DNA of 64,000 bases from Clostridia bacterium (GTDB lineage Bacteria; Bacillota; Clostridia; UBA1212; DUPL01), in NCBI GenBank assembly GCA_050951325.1, contig JBMNIW010000003.1, forward strand, positions 224,001 to 288,000, written 5' to 3'. Each line of letters begins with the position of its first letter. The stretch's first letter is position 1. The notes under the pieces were generated by a model. That model did not search any database, was not told the origin of the DNA, and saw only the letters and a program-made list of their open reading frames with translations. Below are positions 31,577 to 41,393 of this stretch, one piece after another. The position numbers and the translations under genes were made by a program.

Positions 31577-32463
31577 TTTCTTATTCCTCTGCAGCGATCT
31601 TCCGGACTTAACTTAACTCCTTTTTCAGGTACACCTTTTCCAAACAGATTCCACAGCCATTTGCACGAAAGCTCCATCCAGGGTTCTGCAAGTGGTTCAA
31701 GATTAAATTTGTTCGCATATGTGCAATGATTAGCCAGTGAAAGACCATGCGCTCCATCCTGAAATACATGCAGTTCAAATGGAATATTGTAATCTGCAAG
31801 TCCTTTTGCAAACAACAATGCGTTTTCCACAGGCACAGCATTATCCATAAATGTATGGAACAAAAATGTCGGCGGTGTATGTTTGCCTATATTCTTCTCA
31901 CACGAAGCCTTTACAAGCATGTCCTTCAATCCTTCATATCCATCCAGTAAAGTATTTATACTTCCTCCGTGGGTATATGTATCTGCAGATATTACCGGAT
32001 ATCCCAGAATCAGTGCATTGGGCCTGTTTTCTCCATTCAAACATCCAGATGCTTCCTGTATCTCAGGATCGTTCCACCTGGTTCCAAGCATAGCAGTTAA
32101 ATGTCCACCAGCAGAAAAACCGCAAACAGCAATCTTGTCCGGATCAGTATGCCATTTTTCAGCATTCTCTCTGATTATCTTCATTGCTTTTGACAACTCG
32201 ACAAGTGGTGCTGGATATCTCGCATGCTCGCCTACTGAGTATCTCAAGACAAAAGCGTTGAATCCGTTTGCAAGATAAGACAGGGCTATAGGTTCTGCTT
32301 CCCTGTCAGATGTCATTTGATATCCTCCACCAGGACATACCAAAACACAAGGCCTTTTGGATGATAAAAGGATTTCATCCGACTTGTCCTGGATATAAGT
32401 TGTTAGATGAACCCTTTTGTCGTTTGTTAGGTATATTTTTTCTACTAGCATAATTTCCCCCAT
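31573..32463 (-). CDS. Alpha/beta hydrolase (esterase, BD-FAE-like)
   Basis: PGGGY, GFSAGGH, D..VP, GAHG catalytic triad motifs. Confidence 0.9.
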   Translation of the reverse strand: MGEIMLVEKIYLTNDKRVHLTTYIQDKSDEILLSSKRPCVLVCPGGGYQMTSDREAEPIALSYLANGFNAFVLRYSVGEHARYPAPLVELSKAMKIIRENAEKWHTDPDKIAVCGFSAGGHLTAMLGTRWNDPEIQEASGCLNGENRPNALILGYPVISADTYTHGGSINTLLDGYEGLKDMLVKASCEKNIGKHTPPTFLFHTFMDNAVPVENALLFAKGLADYNIPFELHVFQDGAHGLSLANHCTYANKFNLEPLAEPWMELSCKWLWNLFGKGVPEKGVKLSPEDRCRGIRN

Positions 32464-32622
32464 TAATTGTTATCATAAATAGTATATCACTTTGCTAAAA
32501 ACTTCTCAACACAAACCAGTATTTAACATATTTGAAATCATTTTGTGTTTAAAAGCGAAACTAGTTGACATAATATATATGGTGTGCAAAAAATTTGCCT
32601 CAAAAATTTTGCATTTTACCTA

Positions 32623-32651
32623 TTGACAACCAGCATCAGGATATGTATAAT
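32623..32651 (+). promoter_or_regulatory. Consensus sigma-A promoter of the tRNA pair
   Basis: TTGACA, 17 nt, TATAAT. Confidence 0.85.
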
Positions 32652-32684
32652 AAACAAGTCAACGTTGTTGACACATTAAAGAGT

Positions 32685-32758
32685 GCGGGTGTAGTTCAAT
32701 GGTAGAACATCAGCCTTCCAAGCTGATTGCGAGGGTTCGATTCCCTTCACCCGCTCCA
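32685..32758 (+). tRNA. tRNA-Gly(TCC)
   Basis: GCGGGTG/CACCCGC acceptor stem, TCAGC-CT-TCC-AA-GCTGA anticodon arm, GGTTCGA T-loop, encoded CCA. Confidence 0.97.
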
Positions 32759-32762
32759 ATTT

Positions 32763-32839
<77 letters not shown>

Positions 32840-32842
32840 CAA

Positions 32843-32880
32843 AAAGACTGATTCCAATACAGAATCAGTTTTTTTATTTT
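32843..32880 (+). terminator. Intrinsic terminator of the tRNA operon
   Basis: ACTGATTC..GAATCAGT hairpin followed by a long T-run. Confidence 0.8.
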
Positions 32881-33069
32881 CTTTTTTATCTTAAATCTTT
32901 GTATTCAGGCATTTTTTGCATTTATCAACTACACAGACAAAAGCAATCACGGCTAGAACACCTCTCCGAAGGCAAACATTTGCTCCTTGTCGTTTATTAT
33001 GCACCCAACTACCCTACTCTATTTGAAAACGTAAAAAGTTCATGGATATAAAATGTAAATTTGTGTAAT

Positions 33070-33132
33070 ATAATCGATATGTTACCAAGAACTAGTTATG
33101 TGGAGACGGTTAGCCTGATGTCTAGAAAATAA
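33070..33132 (+). pseudogene. Orphan 3'-end remnant of a 23S rRNA m5U methyltransferase (rlmD/rumA-like), a known integration target
   Basis: Translates IIDMLPRTSYVETVSLMSRK*, matching the RlmD C-terminal DMFPxTxHVETVxLMSR motif. A degenerate CNPTTL-like trace lies near 33000. Confidence 0.7.
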
Positions 33133-33270
33133 AGCTCGGAAAGCTTTTAAAATGCTAAGTTTCATAAAATGAAAGTAATTCTATCAACTCGACTTAAACC
33201 CTTGATATGCGTTCACGAAAACATATCGGGGTGATTTTTTGTAGTAAAAATATGCCTGAAATTAGGTAGA

Positions 33271-33337
33271 GTTGAGTTGACAGATTAGATAACGGGCGTT
33301 TATCTTAGGGTTGAGGAGACAGCAAAGATGAAAGATT
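33271..33337 (+). repeat. 67-bp direct repeat, copy 1
   Basis: 57/67 identical, ungapped, to 36838-36904. Confidence 0.85.
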
Positions 33338-33536
33338 CGGCCTAATACATATTTTAGAACTTTAAAAAAGCATATAAATATTAATGTAGATTGTATGCGA
33401 TTACATATTATGGTAAGATAAAAAAGACAGATTAGAAAATTACAGGATTGAGGAAATAGCACTAATATTTATAATAGCTAATAGCAGAATAAATGTTGCT
33501 TGGTTCAACAATCACTTGATATGGAGAAGTGTACAC

Positions 33537-33935
33537 ATGAGATTTTTTGATATATTCAAAAAGAAAGACAAAAAAGATACAGACATAGAGAATAGTTTAA
33601 ATGATTACTTTCATAAATTAGAAAAATATAAAAAGCTCAATAAAGGCGAAGTGGGCTCCATACCTGATGTGGATCTAAAAACAGCTGTCATGAGTTGGAT
33701 ACGGGGTAAGTTCAATGAAGATTGGACCAACCAATATGAAGTAATTGAATCTCTTCCAAAGCCTTGCCGTCATGTATATGCGTGTTGTACTGTCATCGAT
33801 GAAGTTAGTAATGGCGGCCTGAATCAGTTGTTTTTTAATTCAACAGGACAGTTTGCGCATGGAATACAAACTTTATTTCAATCCCACCGAGATATTGACA
33901 ATAATCGCTCCATCATCATTCTTGATTGGCAGTAA
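33537..33935 (+). pseudogene. Truncated DUF4375/DMP19-like protein
   Basis: EVSNGGLNQLFFNSTGQ motif, then an abrupt switch to unrelated sequence near 33855. Confidence 0.65.
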
Positions 33936-34145
33936 TTATGAACTTATAGTAGACAAAGCATTGCAGATATCTATAGCTGGCATTTTTACGGAAGAACTCA
34001 AACGCCTGAAAATTGGTGTACTGCAACATATGTTTTAAGAGAAGATAATTATGTGACATACAATCTTAGTGGTCCTATGGCCAATTATATTGTACCTCAT
34101 AGAGAGTTTTACCTTGGGAAGAACAGTTTTCTAAGGCTTATTTAG
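33856..34145 (+). pseudogene. 5'-truncated, frameshifted hypothetical gene fragment
   Basis: KLYFNPTEILTIIAP.. in one frame continues as YSWHFYGRTQTPENWC..* in another frame. Confidence 0.45.
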
Positions 34146-34204
34146 ATTGAGAATAGCCAGCATCTATTGATATTATTACGACACTTTATGTGAGAGGTGG
34201 TACT

Positions 34205-35485
34205 ATGTTATTTAACTTTATTAAAAAATCTAATGCAGAGATAACCATAGTGAAAGAGATAGACCGCCATAACTCAGACTGGGGAGGAAAAGGGATAATT
34301 TTTTATGTGAAAAATGGCAAAGGTCTTTTATCTATGAAATATGGTTATTTAGATAATGATGCATTAGCTGCGTTAATTTTTGGAGATATTCCATTGATAA
34401 AATTTCATGAAAAAGGTTCATATTTCTGCCCAACTTGCGAAAAGCTTGTTGCAGCAGGTTATGGACTGAATATGAGCGATCAGCAAGTTATATCAGAATT
34501 ACATGATATATTGAATAAGAAATTTGTTTCGTTAGAGGAGTCAGTAGAAAATCTTAAACCTCTTCTGGGATTATTGCAAACAGGATATTATGCACTTGTT
34601 GATAGTGAATTATGTCCTACAGATGGAAATGGGAATTTCTTTTGGAAGCTAAATAATAAACCAGATTATAACAAAGCATCTTGTCCGATTTATGGAGGCG
34701 ATGGGAGATGGAGCGAAGTAGTTCCATATTATATTTTGCCTACACAACCACCAAGTCATTATGATCCTAAGCAGGCTGAGTTCTATAGTGGTATAGATGA
34801 CTATAGAGCAGTAGCGTATTATATGGGAGGATATCTGTGTGCATTGCTTGATGGACATCATAAGGCTGTAGCAGCTGCCATAGAAAAGAAAAAAGTAAAA
34901 ACGCTTGTTATAGTTCCTACCACATCCATATCCCTACCAAATGATAAGCAAAACTTCAAAGGTGGAATATTTATTAATGGAACTTTTATTAGCCAGGAAG
35001 AGTTGATTATACCTGTTTCAGAATTAATGACATCATTTAAATTTAATCAGCTTAAGAAAGAAGAAACAGAAAAATATCTGTCATTATATAATAGCGACTT
35101 TGACCTAAATTACGGTTGGCCTCAGGAAATATTGGAAACAGAAAAGAGTTTCCCGGATGCAATAACAGTTGCAAGACTGCAATGGGCAGGTGATATCTCA
35201 GACGAAAGATTGGATCGAATACTCTTAAATAAGGAATCTATATCTGATAAGGATGCTTTAAATATTACAGTTGCTTTATATTATACAAAAAACCCGCGAT
35301 TTAAAGAAATGGCCTTTTACTTCTGTAAGAATTATTCTTTTGCATCTGTTTGGTATGAGATATATGAATTACTTGCAAATGTTATAGATGAAGAAGTTGA
35401 AGATTTCTTTGTTGACTATCTTGTACATGACGAAAAGAGGTATCCAGAGATAAATAAAATAATCGACAATTATTTTTCATATTGA
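34205..35485 (+). CDS. Hypothetical protein with CxxC and ParB/Srx-like DGHHK motif
   Basis: Long AT-rich ORF with GAGGTGG RBS; FCPTCE and LLDGHHKA motifs. Confidence 0.75.
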   Translation: MLFNFIKKSNAEITIVKEIDRHNSDWGGKGIIFYVKNGKGLLSMKYGYLDNDALAALIFGDIPLIKFHEKGSYFCPTCEKLVAAGYGLNMSDQQVISELHDILNKKFVSLEESVENLKPLLGLLQTGYYALVDSELCPTDGNGNFFWKLNNKPDYNKASCPIYGGDGRWSEVVPYYILPTQPPSHYDPKQAEFYSGIDDYRAVAYYMGGYLCALLDGHHKAVAAAIEKKKVKTLVIVPTTSISLPNDKQNFKGGIFINGTFISQEELIIPVSELMTSFKFNQLKKEETEKYLSLYNSDFDLNYGWPQEILETEKSFPDAITVARLQWAGDISDERLDRILLNKESISDKDALNITVALYYTKNPRFKEMAFYFCKNYSFASVWYEIYELLANVIDEEVEDFFVDYLVHDEKRYPEINKIIDNYFSY

Positions 35486-35574
35486 TAATTATGCTCTTAT
35501 TTCGGTGTAACTATATATTGTAGAACTATAGTTACAGCGATGTATATGTCCACGCGAACGGCGGTTTTTTAAAA

Positions 35575-36729
35575 AGTTTCACATTATATCTGAAAGCGGC
35601 GTCTTGATCACGCGCTTGCTGAAATTGCCAGCGGAAGAAGAGCGATAGATGTGGTGCTTGAATACGGTTTTGATACCTATGCTGGGTTTTATAGGGCATT
35701 TGTAAAAATGTATGGTTGTTCTCCAAAAAAGTATCTAAGCATTTATCAAAACACATACCAATTAAACCGGAGGTGGCAAAATTGTATACTGAAAGAGAAT
35801 TACGAAAAGTTTTGGAGAATTGGGATATCGATAAAGATCTGCCAATTAGCGATATCTTTATCATGGATGGGGCAAAAGTATCGGGAAATGTCTGGACAGT
35901 TGGTAAAGAATATATCCTCAAAGCTGGCGACCGGGAAAAGATATTTAAAAACCTTAATATTTCTAAAGCACTTCATAAACAGGGTTTTACTTCTTCCCTT
36001 CCAATACCGACAAAAACCGGCTGTGAGTATTTGGAAAACAATGAAATTTTCATTCTGACCCAAGTATTAAAAGGTAATCCACTTCCCAAGTCCGATAGAT
36101 TTGGAGATAATTGCATGAAGTTTGGCGAAAAATACGGTAAAAGCATTGCACGACTTCATAAAGCTTTGAAGGCTATACAAAAAGACATTTTGCCTGATGA
36201 AGTGAACCTGTATAAAAATGTAACGGTATGGGCACTGCCGAATGTTAAACAACAGAAAATGCAGTGGGGTATGGAATTTGACGAGTACTTTTTTGACGAC
36301 TATATTAAAAACTTTGGTAAACTTTATGATAGACTGCCAAAACAGCTTATTCATGGTGACCCCAATCCCAGCAATATCCTGTTTGAAGATGATGAGATAA
36401 GTGGATTTATTGACTTTGACTTAAGTGAAGTAAATGTGCGCTTGTGGGATGTCTGCTACTGTGCAACCGGAATTTTGTCTGAAGCTAGCGACGAGGCTTA
36501 TGAAAAATGGTTAGATATACTCTGCGGTATTCTGCATGGTTATGACCTTGAGGGTAAACTGACTCAGGAAGAAAAACAGGCTGTGTTTTATATAATCTGC
36601 TCCATCCAGATGATTTGCATTGCATACTTTGAAAGCTATGATAAATTCAGAGAACTTGCAAATACAAATCGCAAAATGCTGCAGTTTATTATTCGAAATA
36701 AAGAACACTTTGATAATATTTTGAATTAG
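35575..36729 (+). pseudogene. AraC-HTH plus phosphotransferase fusion, 5'-truncated with nonsense codon and frameshift
   Basis: YI*KRRL..EYGFDTYAGFYRAFVKMYGCSPKKY (AraC end), frameshift near 35750, then APH motifs IHGDPNPSN and FIDFD. Confidence 0.8.
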
Positions 36730-36837
36730 CGCTCACGGTAGTGGGCGTTTTTCTAATATTATGTGGAGATAAATTGACGTGTTCCCCTAAACGACTGTTT
36801 TTCATAAATCACCGAAAAACCCTTTGATAGTAATAGG

Positions 36838-36904
36838 GTTGAGTTGGCAGATTAGATAACAGGCTTTTTTCATAGGGTTAAGGAGACAGAATAGATGTAA
36901 AATT
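36838..36904 (+). repeat. 67-bp direct repeat, copy 2
   Basis: Matches 33271-33337; preceded by TTATGTGGAGA and an IDVFP*T rlmD-like trace at 36759-36793. Confidence 0.85.
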
Positions 36905-37003
36905 TATACCTGTAAAGCATATTTAATTATCAAAAGAATTGATTCAGTTAAAAAATGATTACTGAATGATATTTAAATGAACTTTATGCTGGTCTTCCAA
37001 CTA

Positions 37004-37498
37004 TTAGTGAAGAAGCATTGAAAAGTTTTTCAAAATCAAAAATTGATAATTGTTTGACTCCCAGGGAAAGGATATTTTAGAACTAATCGCCAATGGATTT
37101 TCCCAACTGCCGAACACGGTGCTGCTTTGTACATCGTTAATAATCGCATATTCCAGAACATCGGCAAGACCTTCGTCAGTTACATCAATTATAATGTTGT
37201 ACTTGAGTGCAAGGTTACCCTTGTTCTGAACAGCAAGATAAGCCACCTTTGTCTTGCCTGGCTCCCATAATCCATCATCGATTTCATTGAAAACATCTCC
37301 TTTTCCATTGGCTATGGAGACATATCCGTCCCCCTTATCCATCAGGAGGTCAATCTTCAAGTTTCCGGCGATAATTCTGTTAACACCGGATGTTGCTGAG
37401 TCGGTGAACCAAGCAAGTGTAGTGCCGATTAGTAATGAAACGCAAATCAGCAAGGAAACAAAGCTAAGCAGTAACGATTTTCTAGTTTTGTGTTCCAT
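37004..37498 (-). CDS. SipW-class signal peptide (TasA/CalY-like) protein, probably C-terminally truncated
   Basis: GTTLAWFTDS..NRIIAGNL, WEPG, NKGNLALKY; the final residues look unrelated. Confidence 0.7.
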   Translation of the reverse strand: MEHKTRKSLLLSFVSLLICVSLLIGTTLAWFTDSATSGVNRIIAGNLKIDLLMDKGDGYVSIANGKGDVFNEIDDGLWEPGKTKVAYLAVQNKGNLALKYNIIIDVTDEGLADVLEYAIINDVQSSTVFGSWENPLAISSKISFPWESNNYQFLILKNFSMLLH

Positions 37499-37737
37499 TT
37501 TTCAAACTCCTTTCTCATTAAAAATTAGGGATAGATACTCCCTTCCCAAATCTTTGTGCTTTAGAACATTATGAAATAATTCTTAACAAATTATAATCAC
37601 TATTTGTAATGATTCTTTAATGCGATGGAATAATACTTTAGTATGAAATTTAAAAACCTCACCCAAATTAAATAAAAAATCTACGGTTTACATATTGCTC
37701 ACAGATGGTATAATAGGGTAACCTAAAATAAAGGTGG

Positions 37738-39009
37738 TTGGATATGGAAAAGAAACTGACAAATAAAACGCTTCTTTTCATACTGCTGGCAGTTCCTGCT
37801 CTTTTTCTTTTGACAGGTTTGGTGCGTGCAGTAGTAAACAATAAAATGCCAGCTTTGGCAGAGGACCTTACACGTATTGTTTTATCGAGAGCAAATCTTT
37901 TCACTGACTTTATAGAACTCGGAGGAGTTGAAGCCGCCCTGCTAAATGTTGCAGTAGTAGCTTTGTTCAATCTACTTCTCATATACATATACAAACTGGA
38001 GATTAACGGATTTACCATCGCTGCATATTTTACAGTCATAGGATTTGCTTTCTTTGGAAAGAATCTCTACAACATCTTCTCCATTTATATAGGAGGACAC
38101 TTGTACGCCAAACTAAAAAGGATTCCTTTGAAAAATGTCATTATTCCCCTGATGTTTGCAACAGCTTTGGCACCTGTGATAAGTGAAATCAGCTTTGCAA
38201 GCATAATCCCCTCTCCCCTAAGTTCCATAGTAGCCCTTCTTGTAGGCATAATCATCGGCTTAATTATTATTCCTGTATCCTCACATATGCTTAGATTCCA
38301 CGACGGATACAACCTGTACAATATAGGTTTTACTGCAGGAATAATTGGCACATTACTTACAGCATTTCTAAGAAGCTTTGGCGCATCCGTGGAGCCGGTA
38401 AGCATTATCTCCGATTCAAATCATCCAATCATAATATGGCTTTTATTTACCATATTTACTTCAATGCTAGCTCTCGCTCTTTTAATTAACATCAAAGCGT
38501 TCAAGGAATACAAGAAAATACTTTCAAAGGGAGGAAGGCTCGTTACAGACTTTACAAACTCTGCCGGCTATGCTGCTACTTTTTTGAACATGTCGGTTAT
38601 GGGACTATTGAGCCTGGTTTATGTTCTTGCAATAGGCGGCGTTGTAAATGGTCCTGTTCTTGCTGGAATATTTACAATAGCAGGATTTTCCGCATTTGGA
38701 AAGCATCTTAAAAACTGCATCCCAGTCATGTCCGGAACAATTCTGTCCGCATTGATTTTTGGCTACGAGCTTTCAGAAACAGCCATTATTGTATCAGTCC
38801 TTTTTTCCACCACACTTGCACCAATTGCAGGCAAATTCGGTCTATTATGTGGCCTTCTTGCAGGAGTTACACACATGGCGGTCGTCACAAATGTGGGATT
38901 TATCCATGGTGGAGTGAATCTTTACAACAACGGTTTTTCCGGAGGAATTGTTGCAAGCGTTCTTGTGCCTATTATTGAGACTTTCAGAAAGGGTGACAAG
39001 GATGATTAA
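37738..39009 (+). CDS. DUF1576 multi-pass membrane protein
   Basis: Duplicated motifs GFAFFGKN/GFSAFGKH, HDGYNLYNIGF/HGGVNLYNNGF, TALAP/TTLAP. Confidence 0.85.
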   Translation: MDMEKKLTNKTLLFILLAVPALFLLTGLVRAVVNNKMPALAEDLTRIVLSRANLFTDFIELGGVEAALLNVAVVALFNLLLIYIYKLEINGFTIAAYFTVIGFAFFGKNLYNIFSIYIGGHLYAKLKRIPLKNVIIPLMFATALAPVISEISFASIIPSPLSSIVALLVGIIIGLIIIPVSSHMLRFHDGYNLYNIGFTAGIIGTLLTAFLRSFGASVEPVSIISDSNHPIIIWLLFTIFTSMLALALLINIKAFKEYKKILSKGGRLVTDFTNSAGYAATFLNMSVMGLLSLVYVLAIGGVVNGPVLAGIFTIAGFSAFGKHLKNCIPVMSGTILSALIFGYELSETAIIVSVLFSTTLAPIAGKFGLLCGLLAGVTHMAVVTNVGFIHGGVNLYNNGFSGGIVASVLVPIIETFRKGDKDD

Positions 39010-39346
39010 CGAGCCTAATAAGATCGCAATGATTTTAAGTGGAATTGTTTCGGTGCTCCTGGAGCGAGGACATGGAAATATCGACGTTAGTATTAAAAGA
39101 GATGATAAGAGCACTACCATAATTATAATTCAGCGTCAAGCCACATATACAGATACCTTTATAGAATGGTTAAAAAAAGGCCTTAAACCGAGACGCAAGG
39201 GTGTTGTAGAGGAATATTACTGGAGGCTTGCGGATATGAATTTTGAAAGCGATAATCTTAATCTTGTTGGTGCATTAATCGATGAGTCAGAGGTACAACT
39301 AAAGGACAATGTGTTGAGAATAAAAGTGGCGAGATATATAGGTTAA
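39002..39346 (+). CDS. Small hypothetical protein coupled to the DUF1576 gene
   Basis: Overlapping start; EEYYWRL and LVGALID motifs. Confidence 0.7.
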   Translation: MINEPNKIAMILSGIVSVLLERGHGNIDVSIKRDDKSTTIIIIQRQATYTDTFIEWLKKGLKPRRKGVVEEYYWRLADMNFESDNLNLVGALIDESEVQLKDNVLRIKVARYIG

Positions 39347-39488
39347 AACCTCTATTTGGCACTGCAAGAATATTTGAATTTGCCATTCCCACTATTTTTG
39401 ATATAATTTATGCGGCCCAAAAGTTTATGTGCTGTGTTCATCATAAACATTTTGTTCCACATTACATTATATTGACGCTGTCACAAAG

Positions 39489-40544
39489 GTGGTTTTCATG
39501 TCTAATTCAAGCACATATCAAAAATGGGCAGATGTTGTAAAAGGAATAGGAATTCTTACAGTAGTAATAGGTCACTTCGACGAAATGCCCATAAACCATT
39601 ATATCTACTGGTTCCATATGCCATTGTTTTTTATTATCAGTGGCTACTTTTTTAAACCGGTCGAAAACTGGGAGTAATTCCCGACATTATTAAAAAAATA
39701 TACACTCCGCTTATTAGTCCCCTATTTTTCCTTTCTAATATCAATAACCGCTATTAGGTATGCATTTCATATTTTGCAAAAAAGAATGACTCTGCAGTGG
39801 CTTTCTGAAGATATTGTACGCCTTCTTCTAGGGGGCAGATTTATTGGTGGTTTTTATGCTCCCATCTGGTTCGTTACAACTTTGTTCTTTACATATATTG
39901 CTTTTAATCTAATTGTATTACTTCTTAAAAGTGATGCCAACAGGCTGCTATTAATAGGAATACTATACATTGTTGCGCATATAGAATCATGGCTTAACCA
40001 AAGCCATAACATAATAGTGCCATTAAATCTTGATGTCACCTTGATATCACTCTCATATTTTGCCTTTGGTTACTATGCCAAGAGAATATTAAGTAAAATC
40101 TCCAAACCTGTTTTTTTAACAAGCAGCCTGATAACTATAGCTATTTATACAGGTATCTTTTTTGACAAATACAACTATACTTTTGGAATGAAGGGTCTTA
40201 ACTACCATCATATTTTGCTAGACTTTACTGTTCCAACAGCAATTTCTGTTACTTTTATAGGGTTGTCTCAAATGATTTCAAAATATAAAGCAACTGATAT
40301 ATTAGCATATTTGGGAAAAAACTCCTTGGCAATAATGTTCATACATATGTTGCCAACTGTTTTCCTGCAACCGATTTTAGGATATGGAGTAATCACCCAT
40401 ACAATAATAGGCATTGTAGTTCCATTGCTTGCGACTCACTTGATTTTAAATCGTTTCCGACTAACCAGGTTTCTATTCTTAGGCAAGAGGTCACCAGCTC
40501 CGTCCAAAGTAAATTTAGAAACTACTGAGGCGGCACAAGAATAA
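39489..40544 (+). pseudogene. Acyltransferase-3 (OafA-like) interrupted by an in-frame TAA at 39675-39677
   Basis: DVVKGIGILTVVIGH..FHMPLFFIISGY, stop, then the same frame continues KKYTLRLLVPYF..WFV..GKNSLAIMFIH. Confidence 0.85.
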
Positions 40545-40557
40545 AAGCAATATATAA

Positions 40558-40594
40558 AAGAAGACCGAAATTTTTAGTTGAATCGGTCTTCTTC
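40558..40594. terminator. Bidirectional terminator between convergent genes
   Basis: AAGAAGACCGA..TCGGTCTTCTT hairpin. Confidence 0.7.
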
Positions 40595-40601
40595 TGTTAT
40601 T

Positions 40602-41393
40602 TTACTTTATATACATTTTCGCCAATACATAGGATACAAAGCTTTTAGGGAGCAATCTCTCAAGAAATACAAATACCTTATACCTGTGTCCTCCGATATA
40701 AAAAGGTTTTAGTTTCCGTTTTGTAGCTACTTTATAAATCAACCACCCCATATATTCAGGCGACATGCCATTTTCCTCATCACGCTCCATGCCGGAAATG
40801 GTATTGGATATGATTCCGCCATACACATCGTCTCCTGTTTCATTTTTTCTTCTTGATGAAGTAAAATCGGTTTTAACATCTCCGGGCATTATTGCACAAA
40901 CCTGAATATTCCCAAATTTCCTTACTTCATTTCTTAGCGACATGGTTAGAGCATTAACTGCTGATTTGGAAGCTGAGTAAAAGGCTTGGAATGGGAGCGG
41001 AAAAGCAGCTGCCACAGAGCTGACATTTATAATTTTTCCTCCCTTCTTGCGCATTATGCCCAGTGCACATTTTATGCAGCGCACCATGCCAAAAAAGTTT
41101 ACGTCAAACTGGTACTTAGCTTCCGACATTTCAGTAAACTCGACAGCACCGGATATACCTGAACCGGCATTGTTAACAAGGATGTCAACTGCACCAGTTT
41201 CAGCAACAATTTTATCAAAAGCCGCATTGACGGATTCTTCGTTCGTAAGGTCAGTGCTTATGTAATTGACACCTGCAAGGTCTCCAGCCTTTCTGCTAAG
41301 ACCGTATACATTATACCCACCCTCCAGAAAAAACTTTGCTGCATAATAGCCAATGCCACTGGAGGCTCCAGTAATCACAACCGTCTTCTTCAT
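40602..41393 (-). CDS. SDR oxidoreductase, putative 3-ketodihydrosphingosine reductase
   Basis: TGASSGIG, NNAG, YSASK, PGDVKTDFT..R, ERDEENG; ATG directly follows the SPT stop codon. Confidence 0.75.
   Translation of the reverse strand: MKKTVVITGASSGIGYYAAKFFLEGGYNVYGLSRKAGDLAGVNYISTDLTNEESVNAAFDKIVAETGAVDILVNNAGSGISGAVEFTEMSEAKYQFDVNFFGMVRCIKCALGIMRKKGGKIINVSSVAAAFPLPFQAFYSASKSAVNALTMSLRNEVRKFGNIQVCAIMPGDVKTDFTSSRRKNETGDDVYGGIISNTISGMERDEENGMSPEYMGWLIYKVATKRKLKPFYIGGHRYKVFVFLERLLPKSFVSYVLAKMYIK

Noticed and set aside
32960-32995. c-di-GMP-I riboswitch (GGCAAAC seed)
   Set aside because: The GAAA tetraloop stem and downstream GCAAAG element are missing.
35541-35562. Possible third rlmD-like remnant (GTATATGTCCACGCGAACG) at the AraC truncation point
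   Set aside because: Too degenerate to distinguish from chance without an alignment.
33181-36904. CRISPR array or true integron
   Set aside because: Only two repeat copies 3.5 kb apart, no cas or intI gene, and the attC resemblance is partial.
37526-37543. Short AGGG..AGA.TAC.TCCCT hairpin resembling 48893-48910
   Set aside because: Too short and imperfect to call a shared regulatory motif.
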